Shown: positions 17,670 through 26,364 of the stretch, piece by piece
How the letters are laid out: each line of letters starts with the position of its first letter
Position numbering within the stretch: position 1 is the stretch's first letter
The notes under the pieces: generated by a model
What the model saw: only the letters and a program-made list of their open reading frames with translations
Told to the model about the DNA's origin: nothing
Database searches by the model: none
Made by a program: the position numbers and the translations under genes
NCBI GenBank assembly: GCA_014239895.1
Contig: JAAZXZ010000045.1
Span: 1 to 28,400 of the forward strand
Length of the DNA: 28,400 nt
Direction of reading: 5' to 3'
Origin: Flavobacteriaceae bacterium
GTDB taxonomy: Bacteria > Bacteroidota > Bacteroidia > Flavobacteriales > Flavobacteriaceae

Positions 17670-18941
17670 ATGTCAATAGATTTATTATTAGGACTTCAAT
17701 GGGGTGATGAAGGAAAGGGAAAAATAGTCGATGTTCTAACATCAGGATATAAGATAATTGCCAGGTTTCAAGGTGGTCCAAATGCTGGTCACACATTAGT
17801 TTTCAACGGTAAAAAACATGTTCTACATACAATTCCTTCAGGTATTTTTCATGAAAACAAAATAAATATTATAGGTAATGGAGTAGTCATTGATCCTGTG
17901 ATATTACGAAATGAATTAAAAAATTTAGAAGCAGAGGGGATTGATTATAAAAAATCACTACTCATTTCTAGAAAAGCACATTTAATTCTTCCAACCCATA
18001 GATTAATTGATGCTGCAAGTGAAAAATCAAAAGGGAAAAATAAAATAGGATCTACCTTAAAAGGAATAGGGCCAACTTACATGGACAAAACAGGTAGAAA
18101 TGGATTTAGAGTTGGTGACCTCGAAGCTGAAAATTGGACAGAAAAGTACTCAGAATTAAAATCAAAACACAAGAGATTAATTGATTTTTTCAACGTTAGT
18201 TTAGAATATAATTTTGAAGAGCTTGAAAAAGAATTCTTTGAATCAATAAAAAGTTTAAAAAGTCTTAACTTTATTGACTCTGAAGAATATATTTATCAGG
18301 AACAAAATAAAGGAAGCTCTATCTTAGCTGAAGGTGCTCAAGGATCCTTATTAGATGTTGATTTTGGAACTTATCCGTTTGTCACCTCATCAAATACAAC
18401 TGCAGCAGGTGCGTGTACAGGACTAGGAATTTCACCGAATTCAATAAAAGAAGTATTTGGAATTTTTAAAGCTTATACAACAAGAGTAGGCTCTGGACCT
18501 TTTCCTACAGAATTATTTGATAGTAATGGTGAAAGAATGGGTAAAGTAGGAAATGAATTTGGAGCTACAACTGGAAGACCTAGAAGATGCGGATGGCTTG
18601 ATTTAGTAGCCCTTAGGTATTCATGTCAAATTAATGGAGTTACAAAACTCATGATGATGAAATCTGATGTATTATCTGGATTTAAATCAATTAAAGTATG
18701 TACATCATATGAGTACAAAGGAAAAAAAATAAGATACATGCCGTATGACATCAATGATAATTCATTAAAACCAATATATGATGAATTTGAAGGCTGGGAG
18801 AATGACATAACAAAAATTAATGATTTTGACAAACTCCCTATGAATCTTAAAAAGTATATTTCATATCTTGAAAAAGAGTTAAATATTCCAATTACTATTA
18901 TTTCTGTTGGTCCTGATCGTTTACAAACAATCATTGTTTAA
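17670..18941 (+). CDS. purA: Adenylosuccinate synthetase
   Basis: GLQWGDEGKGK, RFQGGPNAGHT, GIGPTYMDK, AEGAQG.LLDVDFGTYPFVTSS, EFGATTGRPRRCGW. Confidence 0.99.
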   Translation: MSIDLLLGLQWGDEGKGKIVDVLTSGYKIIARFQGGPNAGHTLVFNGKKHVLHTIPSGIFHENKINIIGNGVVIDPVILRNELKNLEAEGIDYKKSLLISRKAHLILPTHRLIDAASEKSKGKNKIGSTLKGIGPTYMDKTGRNGFRVGDLEAENWTEKYSELKSKHKRLIDFFNVSLEYNFEELEKEFFESIKSLKSLNFIDSEEYIYQEQNKGSSILAEGAQGSLLDVDFGTYPFVTSSNTTAAGACTGLGISPNSIKEVFGIFKAYTTRVGSGPFPTELFDSNGERMGKVGNEFGATTGRPRRCGWLDLVALRYSCQINGVTKLMMMKSDVLSGFKSIKVCTSYEYKGKKIRYMPYDINDNSLKPIYDEFEGWENDITKINDFDKLPMNLKKYISYLEKELNIPITIISVGPDRLQTIIV

Positions 18942-18949
18942 ATAAAGTT

Positions 18950-20563
18950 TTGAATAAAAAATTATACATACTTAGTCTTATTTTCCTGACTCTAAACATA
19001 AATAATAGACTCTTTTCACAAGAAAATACTAATATAAAAATAGAAACTGCAGGGTTTTTTGATAAAGACAATAAAAAATTTCCTAATGCAACTGTTTTAA
19101 CTAGAGATAATTTAGGTCAAGTAATTATTACGCATGACGGAGTTAAAATGTGGTGTAATCAAGCGTTTTTCTATGAAGATAAAAATTTTATTGAAGCCTA
19201 TGGAAATGTCATTTTAAAACAAGGAGATACTATTGATCTAAAAAGTAATTATTTAGAGTATAATGGAGATAATAAGCTCGCATATGCAAAAGGAAATGTA
19301 ATTCTTAAAGAACCTACATCAACATTGTATACTGAATCTCTATTTTTTGACAGGAATATTCAAGAAGCATATTATAACAACCATGGCAAGTTGATAAAAC
19401 ATCCCTCTGATACGATTGTAAGTGATCAAGGAAGGTACTTTATGGATTTGAAAAAATATAGATTTAAAGAAAATATAAATTTAAAAACACCTAAAAATGA
19501 TATTTATTCAAAAAAATTAGACTATTTCACAGAAAGTGGACTAGCATATTTTTTTGGACCCACTGATATTTTTAGTGAGGATACTAAAATATATTGTGAA
19601 ATTGGTTATTATGATACGAATAATGATGTTGGCTATTTTATTAAAAATGCTCAGATTGACTTTAATGACTCAGAGATAAAAGCAGACAGCATCTATTTTG
19701 ACAATAAAATAAATTATGCAGCAGCAACAAATAATATTAAAATAACGGATACTATAAATAAAACTACAACAACAGGTCATTATGCTGAGATATATAAATC
19801 GATTGATTCAATGTATATAACAAAAAAGGCTCTAATTGCTTCATATCAACAAAAAGATTCAATTTATATTCATAGCGATACCATTCTAATGACAGGTAAT
19901 GAAGAGAATAGAATTATAAGGGCTTATAAAAATGCTAAAATCTATAAGTCTGATCTAAGTGGTAAGGCAGATTCGATTCATTTTAATAGAAAAAATGGTA
20001 TAGCACAATTAATAAATATCAATGACCAATTAACAAATCCATTCATAAAAACAAAAAAACCTATTCTGTGGAATTTAGAAAATCAAATAACTGGAGATTC
20101 AATTCATCTATTATTTAATATAGATAATGATCAATTAGACTCGTTATTGGTTTATAACAATGCCTTGATAATAAATAAAGACAGCCTTGGGACAGGTTTT
20201 AATCAAATTTCAGGTCAAAAATTGTATGGAAAATTTATTAACAATGAACTTAAAAAGATTGATATTATAAAGAATGCTGAATCAATTTATTACCTTAGAA
20301 ACTCTGAAAATGAATTAGTAGGAATAGACAGATCAAAATCTGGAAAAATAAAAATTTTGTTAGACAACAACTCTATTAAAAAATTTAAAAAAATAAATCA
20401 GATTGATGGAAATACCTATCCTGAAGAGGATTTTTTAGAAGAATTGAAATTTTTAAAGGGCTTCTATTTTAGAGAAGAAGAAAAACCTAATAGCATTAAA
20501 GATTTATTTAAAGATGACCCTAAATTAATTTTGACAAAAATCAAGAGTCTACAAATAAATTAA
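18950..20563 (+). CDS. OstA-like (LptA/LptD-N beta-jellyroll) periplasmic protein
   Basis: TTG start, signal peptide ending RLFS/Q, HDGVKMWCNQA, AYGNV...QGDT, and repeated ADSIYF / A.NNIKITDT / GKADSIHF strand motifs typical of the OstA-like family. Confidence 0.8.
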   Translation: MNKKLYILSLIFLTLNINNRLFSQENTNIKIETAGFFDKDNKKFPNATVLTRDNLGQVIITHDGVKMWCNQAFFYEDKNFIEAYGNVILKQGDTIDLKSNYLEYNGDNKLAYAKGNVILKEPTSTLYTESLFFDRNIQEAYYNNHGKLIKHPSDTIVSDQGRYFMDLKKYRFKENINLKTPKNDIYSKKLDYFTESGLAYFFGPTDIFSEDTKIYCEIGYYDTNNDVGYFIKNAQIDFNDSEIKADSIYFDNKINYAAATNNIKITDTINKTTTTGHYAEIYKSIDSMYITKKALIASYQQKDSIYIHSDTILMTGNEENRIIRAYKNAKIYKSDLSGKADSIHFNRKNGIAQLININDQLTNPFIKTKKPILWNLENQITGDSIHLLFNIDNDQLDSLLVYNNALIINKDSLGTGFNQISGQKLYGKFINNELKKIDIIKNAESIYYLRNSENELVGIDRSKSGKIKILLDNNSIKKFKKINQIDGNTYPEEDFLEELKFLKGFYFREEEKPNSIKDLFKDDPKLILTKIKSLQIN

Positions 20564-20571
20564 TTGTAACA

Positions 20572-21750
20572 ATAAAGAAAGATTTTTTAAAATATCAAGC
20601 TCAAACTACACCTACTCCATTAGCAATTGAAGTATCATATGCTAAAGGCTCATATATTTATGATAAGAAAAACAAAGCCTATTTAGATTTCATTGCTGGA
20701 GTTTCAGCTTGTAGCCTTGGTCATAGTAATCCCTACCTGATAAATTCAATTAATAAGCAAATTGAAAAATATATGCATGTTATGGTTTATGGGGAATTTA
20801 TCCTAGATCCATCAATTAAGTTAGTTAAACTTATAAGCAAACTATTGCCAAAAAATTTAAACTCAACATATTTAACAAATTCAGGAACTGAAGCAATTGA
20901 AGGAGCTGTAAAACTTGCCAGAAGATACACCCGACGAAAAGAAGTAATTGCTTCTACAAACGCATATCATGGAAGTACAATGGGTGCATTAACCTTTATG
21001 GGTATTAAAAGTCGACGAGATCCTTTTGGACCATTAATTCCAAAAGTAAAATTTATAAGATATAATGAAGAAAAAGATCTAAAAATAATTTCTTCAAAAA
21101 CCTCAGCAGTAATACTTGAAACAATACAGGGTGGTGCCGGATTTATAACTCCAAAAAATAACTATTTACAAAAAGTAAAAAAAAGGTGTAATGAAGTTGG
21201 CGCTCTATTAATATTAGATGAGATTCAATCAGGTATTGGGAGAACAGGTAAAATGTTTGGTTTTGAAGATTACAATTGCACGCCTGATATAGTAGTCTAT
21301 GGGAAAGGATTAGGTGGAGGATTACCTATTGGTGCATTTACTTCTAATAAGAAGGTTATGGACAGTCTACATAAAGATCCTATTATGGGCCATATAACAA
21401 CTTTTGGGGGAAACCCAGTGGTTTCTGCATGTGCATATGCAACACTAAAAAAAATTTCCTCATCTAAAATAATGAGCAATTGTATTAAAAAAGAACAATT
21501 ACTCAAATCGCTGCTAGTTCATCCATTAATAAAAGAAATTAGAGGTAAAGGACTAATGTTATGTTTAATTATGGAAAATTCTATTATAGCTAATAATTTA
21601 ATTCTTAGGGCCAAGGATAATGGTTTATTGTTGTTTTGGTTATTAATCAATAAAAGCGCTGTTAGAATAACACCTCCACTTACAATCACAAATAAAGAGA
21701 TACAAAAGGGGTGTAAAATTATTATTGATATTCTTAACAAACTCATTTAA
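20572..21750 (+). CDS. Class III PLP-dependent aminotransferase (substrate unknown); probable ATA start
   Basis: The frame is open upstream of ORF-track start 20773 and encodes KKDFLKYQAQTTP...AKGSYIYD...YLDFIAGVSACSLGHSNP, a conserved class III N-terminus. Also NSGTEA, YHGST, DEIQSGIGRTG, GKGLGGG (PLP Lys) and TFGGNP. No in-frame ATG/GTG/TTG between the stop at 20521 and 20773. Confidence 0.88.
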   Translation: MKKDFLKYQAQTTPTPLAIEVSYAKGSYIYDKKNKAYLDFIAGVSACSLGHSNPYLINSINKQIEKYMHVMVYGEFILDPSIKLVKLISKLLPKNLNSTYLTNSGTEAIEGAVKLARRYTRRKEVIASTNAYHGSTMGALTFMGIKSRRDPFGPLIPKVKFIRYNEEKDLKIISSKTSAVILETIQGGAGFITPKNNYLQKVKKRCNEVGALLILDEIQSGIGRTGKMFGFEDYNCTPDIVVYGKGLGGGLPIGAFTSNKKVMDSLHKDPIMGHITTFGGNPVVSACAYATLKKISSSKIMSNCIKKEQLLKSLLVHPLIKEIRGKGLMLCLIMENSIIANNLILRAKDNGLLLFWLLINKSAVRITPPLTITNKEIQKGCKIIIDILNKLI

Positions 21751-21773
21751 GATGTTAATTAGTTTGTTAAGAA
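21731..21773. repeat. 13-bp inverted repeat spanning the aminotransferase stop codon
   Basis: TTCTTAACAAACT (21731-21743) and AGTTTGTTAAGAA (21761-21773) are exact reverse complements with a 17-nt spacer. Confidence 0.8.
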
Positions 21774-21839
21774 ATAAACTCTAAAAAATATATACTGACT
21801 TTATTCTGCATTAATTTTATATGTAGAGGTATTTTCTAT

Positions 21840-22892
21840 ATGGATATAAATGATGTAAAATTCTCTGTCGACAGATTCGAAAAAATGATTAATGATAATT
21901 CATTACTTTTTTTTGATTCATTTGAATTTGAGAGTATAGTTACCTATTACTTAGAGAATGGTAAAATTGAATATGCTAGAAAGGCAATCGATTTATCATT
22001 AAACCAGCACCCTACTTCATCCAGTCTTATTTTACTAAAAATTGAATTATATATTCATGAAGATAAGATAAATGAAGCTGATGAATTGTTGAACTCTATA
22101 TTAATTAATGAAAATTTAAATGAAGAAATATGTATAGTTAAGGCAAATATCTTATCTAAAAAAAAATTACACTATAAAGCCATAGAGTATTTAAATAAAA
22201 TATTAACTATGGGAGAAAATAATAATGAAATACATTATTTAATAGGTATTGAATATTTATTTCTTGAAAATTTTATAAAAGCTAAATCAAATTTTATTAA
22301 TAGCTTAAACTACAATTCATCAGACCACGGAACTCTATATAATATTATATATTGCTTTGAAATGCTAAATAAAGGACCTAATTCAATTAGTTTTTTAAAT
22401 AATTATCTTGATAGAAATCCATACTGTGAAATATCCTGGTATAATTTAGGTAAACAATATGTTTTATTAAAAAGATATGAAGAAGCTCTAAATTCCTTTG
22501 ATTATGCAATTATATCAGATGAAAATTTTACTAGCCCATACATAGAAAAAGGTAAAATCTTACAAAGATTAGATAAATATGATGAAGCAATAATAATCTA
22601 TAAAAGAATATTATCCGTAAATAAAACTTCTTCGTATGCTATGCTGCAAATTGGTCATTGTTATGAAAAAATAGGGAATTCAAGTAATGCATTAGCATAT
22701 TACTATAAATCTATTCATTATGACCCATCAATGGATAAAGCTTGGTATAGATTATCTAAGTATTTTTTAAAAAACAAAAACTATAAAAAGGCAAATAATT
22801 ATATAGAGAAAGCTATAAGGATAAATCAAGAAAAACCTAAATACTGGAAATTATATTTGAAATGTGCTTCACTAATTTCAGTAAAAAATTAG
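21840..22892 (+). CDS. Cytoplasmic tetratricopeptide repeat protein
   Basis: FFDSFEFE.IV.YYL..G, then tandem TPR units (IGIEYLF, LYNIIYCF, WYNLGKQY, YIEKGKIL, AWYRLSKYF). No signal peptide. Confidence 0.87.
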   Translation: MDINDVKFSVDRFEKMINDNSLLFFDSFEFESIVTYYLENGKIEYARKAIDLSLNQHPTSSSLILLKIELYIHEDKINEADELLNSILINENLNEEICIVKANILSKKKLHYKAIEYLNKILTMGENNNEIHYLIGIEYLFLENFIKAKSNFINSLNYNSSDHGTLYNIIYCFEMLNKGPNSISFLNNYLDRNPYCEISWYNLGKQYVLLKRYEEALNSFDYAIISDENFTSPYIEKGKILQRLDKYDEAIIIYKRILSVNKTSSYAMLQIGHCYEKIGNSSNALAYYYKSIHYDPSMDKAWYRLSKYFLKNKNYKKANNYIEKAIRINQEKPKYWKLYLKCASLISVKN

Positions 22893-22925
22893 TAGCTTAA
22901 CACTAATTTTATCATAAACCTTATT

Positions 22926-23807
22926 GTGAAAAAAAACTTTTCATACTATTTAGTATTAACTTTAAAAGGAATGGCAATGGGTGCTGCTGATGCAGTTCCA
23001 GGAATCTCAGGTGGTACAATAGCTCTATTATTGGGGATTTATGAAGAATTAATTAATACAATAGGCAATATCAACACATCTCTTTTAAAGGATCTAAAAA
23101 GTAATGGATTCATTTATTTTTGGCAAAAACTTAATGGAAATTTCTTATTATCGCTAATAATTGGCATAGGAATTAGCTTAATTACATTTGTTCAGATAAC
23201 TGCATATTTCTTTGATAAATATCCAATTTTAATTTGGTCATTTTTTTTAGGACTGGTACTAGCAACAATATATGTAATATATAAACTAATAAAATCATGG
23301 AATTATATCAATTTAATGTTTATTATGGTTTCTGCATTTATATCATTTTACTTAAGTGAAATAAGTACAATAGTTAATATTGATATAGACCTTACATATA
23401 TTCTTATATGTGGAATTATCGCTGCATCAGCTATGATTATACCAGGAATCTCTGGTGCTCTTATACTAGTTGTATTAGGTTTATATTCTACAATGATTAA
23501 TGCGGTTAATAATTTAGAATTTGACAAAATCATAACATTTACTTCAGGAGCTATAATAGGACTGTTAAGTTTTAGTAAAATAATAAAATGGATGTTTAGT
23601 AAAAACTCATCCCTCACCTATTCTATTCTTTTAGGTTTTGTTATTGGTTCATTAAGCAAAGTTTGGCCTTGGAAGTCAGAATTAGGACAAAACATTTTAC
23701 CATCATCTTATATTGGAGAAAATTATCTTTTTTATTCAATAATTTTAGTTTCAATTGGCTTTTTATTAATTTTTTCAGTAGAAAAGATTCAAAAATTAAA
23801 TAATTGA
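22926..23807 (+). CDS. DUF368 family membrane protein (undecaprenyl-phosphate translocase, PopT-like), paralog 1
   Basis: GTG start. Two internal repeats, GMAMGAADAVPGISGGTIAL.LGIYEELI and ASAMIIPGISG...L.VLGLY, plus WSFFLGLV and KVWPW. Confidence 0.9.
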   Translation: MKKNFSYYLVLTLKGMAMGAADAVPGISGGTIALLLGIYEELINTIGNINTSLLKDLKSNGFIYFWQKLNGNFLLSLIIGIGISLITFVQITAYFFDKYPILIWSFFLGLVLATIYVIYKLIKSWNYINLMFIMVSAFISFYLSEISTIVNIDIDLTYILICGIIAASAMIIPGISGALILVVLGLYSTMINAVNNLEFDKIITFTSGAIIGLLSFSKIIKWMFSKNSSLTYSILLGFVIGSLSKVWPWKSELGQNILPSSYIGENYLFYSIILVSIGFLLIFSVEKIQKLNN

Positions 23808-24763
23808 AAAAAGCTAGAAATTTATATTCTTCACTTTCCATACTAATTAATGGAATTCTGATGGGCACTGCTAACAAGATACCTGGAGTTTCTGGTGGTC
23901 TTGTAGCAATTGCTATTGGATTTTATGAAGAACTTGTTTTCTCTCTAAAAAAAATAGATAGAAAAGCATTACAATTTTTATTTTCTGGAAAATTAGCACG
24001 GTTTTACAATCACATTAATGGGCAATTCTTAATTCTCATACTTTTGGGTATAGTAATTAGCTACTTTTCAACATCAAAATTACTTGACTTCTTATTAGAA
24101 AGGTATGAGATATATGTGTGGAGTTTGTTTTTTGGACTTGTTATTGGCACTGTTTATCACCTAAAAAAGAAAATAGATAGTTGGAGTAGAGAAAATATGA
24201 TTATTCTCTTTTTTGGCATAATAATAGGTGTAGGAATAAGCATAATGAATCCTGCTAGTGAAAATGATAATTTAATTTTTGTTTTTATATGCGGTATTAT
24301 TAGTGTTTCTGGAATGATTTTACCCGGTCTCTCTGGTTCATTTATTCTTATACTAATGGGGAATTACGTTCTTTTACTGGTAGATTCCGTGAATGCATTA
24401 TATGATTCTATTTTTGAAATGATAAATGGTGATTATTCTTTTATTGATAATATTGATAGAATAAATAAACTAAAGATAATTTCAGTATTTGCCGCTGGAT
24501 CAATGACAGGATTAATTGTATTATCAAATATTTTAAGTTTCTTTTTAAAAAAATATGATCAATTATGTTACTCAATAATTCTTGGATTTATAATTGGCTC
24601 CCTTGGGGTTATATGGCCATGGAAAAATGATATAGTTGAAAGTGGAAAAATAGAAAGATATATCCCTGAATTAAATCAAGAAACATTTATAGGGATATTA
24701 TTTATATTAATTGGAATTTTTTCAGTAGTTATTCTAAGTCAATATGAAAAATCAAAAAATTAG
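23804..24763 (+). CDS. DUF368 family membrane protein (PopT-like), paralog 2
   Basis: TTG start overlaps the paralog 1 stop. GILMGTANKIPGVSGG...GFYEELV, GMILPGLSGSFIL.LMGNY, IWPW. Confidence 0.88.
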   Translation: MKKARNLYSSLSILINGILMGTANKIPGVSGGLVAIAIGFYEELVFSLKKIDRKALQFLFSGKLARFYNHINGQFLILILLGIVISYFSTSKLLDFLLERYEIYVWSLFFGLVIGTVYHLKKKIDSWSRENMIILFFGIIIGVGISIMNPASENDNLIFVFICGIISVSGMILPGLSGSFILILMGNYVLLLVDSVNALYDSIFEMINGDYSFIDNIDRINKLKIISVFAAGSMTGLIVLSNILSFFLKKYDQLCYSIILGFIIGSLGVIWPWKNDIVESGKIERYIPELNQETFIGILFILIGIFSVVILSQYEKSKN

Positions 24764-24773
24764 CTAGAATTTG

Positions 24774-26360
24774 TTATTTTTTTACAATTCTAAATATTTC
24801 TGAATCACCATATTCTGGCTTTATCTTAAGAATATAAATTCCTTTTTGAAAATTTTGCATGAGCAATACGTTATTCATGCCATTAATTATACTTGAATAC
24901 AATAATTTTCCAGAAATATCAAATATTTTTATCTCCAAGTATCCATCAATAGTTGATACTATATTTAAGATTTCATCAACAGGGTTAGGAAATATGATAA
25001 TGGGGGCCTCCTCAACATTCAAAGCTAATTGATAAGTTAATTCAAAATTAGGTATTCCATAGCCTAAATAATAATCAGGGTATTGATATTGAGATGCAGT
25101 ATATCTAATAATATTCATTATTTGATTATTTTTTAATGTTGGAAATGCCTGCAATAAACATGCAACGGATCCAGCAATAATTGGAGAACTATAAGAAGTG
25201 CCTCCTCCTTGTACAAGATTATCTAAAGAATTAATTAAATACGTCCCTGATCCACGTGCTGATATATCAGGTTTTATTACTTGTTGAAAATTGTTTCCTT
25301 GTGAACTAAAAGAAGCATAATTTCCCAATCCGTCAACTGCTCCAATTGAAAAAACACCCCTAGAGTCAGCTGGAGCAATAACACCATTTACTGAAGAATT
25401 TCCAGCAGAATTAACTAGTATTATACCCTTTTCATAAGCAATATTAGAACCCCTAGTGATAAATGCGGTAGTTCCGTCCATTTCTTCTTGAGAATAACTA
25501 TAACTAGAGTTGTCATATGTTCTGTACCCTAGGGAGGTATTGGCTATATCTATGCCTAAACTGTCAGCTCTTTCAATAGCTTCTACCCAATAGCTTTCTT
25601 CAACAGGATTTTCTGAAGAAACATCTTCTGTCCTAAATAAATAAAATTCAGCATCAATTGCCGTTCCATAAAATTGGTTTTCAATATATCCAGCTATAAT
25701 ACTTAAAACATTTGTCCCATGAGAATTACCAATATAATCAAACAAATTTTCAGTTTTGTTAACAAAATCATATGTATATTTTATATTTCCTAAACTCCTC
25801 AATCTATAAAAACCTTCCATTGTATCAACATTTCTGAAACCTGCATCAAATACACCTACTGAAATATCACTTCCAGTAAAGCCAAGACTATGTAGAAAAT
25901 CCAAGTTAATCATTTGGATTTGATCAAATGGAACTCTATTGTTTAGATCATAATTTATCTCAGAAAATTTATCTTTCATTACAGTCTTATTAATTCTGTT
26001 ATTAGATCTATTTGCATATTCTATTCTATCAACAAAAGCTAAGTTTTGCAACTGGTCAATTTCTTCATAATCCCCACGAACATGCAGACAATTAAACCAT
26101 TTAGATTTTGACAAAACATCCAATCCTTGAAAATTATCAATAGTTTCTATATATGATTCATTAATAGGCACATCTCTAAAGTCTATTGGAATGTTCTTTA
26201 AAGACTTCATATTTATAGATTTTTGACTTAATATAAGTATAGGGTTTTCAATAAAATATTCATAATTAGGTTTATCATTTAAGTAAACCCATGCATCTTC
26301 TAATTGAGCATATGTATAAACCTGGAATAAAAAAAAAATAAATAAAAGTCTAAAGCCCAT
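24774..26360 (-). CDS. S8 (subtilisin-like) serine peptidase with T9SS C-terminal sorting domain
   Basis: Signal peptide ending TYA/Q. Catalytic triad VFDAGF (D), HGTNVL (H), GTSYSSP (S), plus NSAGN. C-terminal IFPNPV...NI...KIFDISGKL...GIYILKI is a type A T9SS CTD. Confidence 0.93.
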   Translation of the reverse strand: MGFRLLFIFFLFQVYTYAQLEDAWVYLNDKPNYEYFIENPILILSQKSINMKSLKNIPIDFRDVPINESYIETIDNFQGLDVLSKSKWFNCLHVRGDYEEIDQLQNLAFVDRIEYANRSNNRINKTVMKDKFSEINYDLNNRVPFDQIQMINLDFLHSLGFTGSDISVGVFDAGFRNVDTMEGFYRLRSLGNIKYTYDFVNKTENLFDYIGNSHGTNVLSIIAGYIENQFYGTAIDAEFYLFRTEDVSSENPVEESYWVEAIERADSLGIDIANTSLGYRTYDNSSYSYSQEEMDGTTAFITRGSNIAYEKGIILVNSAGNSSVNGVIAPADSRGVFSIGAVDGLGNYASFSSQGNNFQQVIKPDISARGSGTYLINSLDNLVQGGGTSYSSPIIAGSVACLLQAFPTLKNNQIMNIIRYTASQYQYPDYYLGYGIPNFELTYQLALNVEEAPIIIFPNPVDEILNIVSTIDGYLEIKIFDISGKLLYSSIINGMNNVLLMQNFQKGIYILKIKPEYGDSEIFRIVKK

Positions 26361-26364
26361 AATA

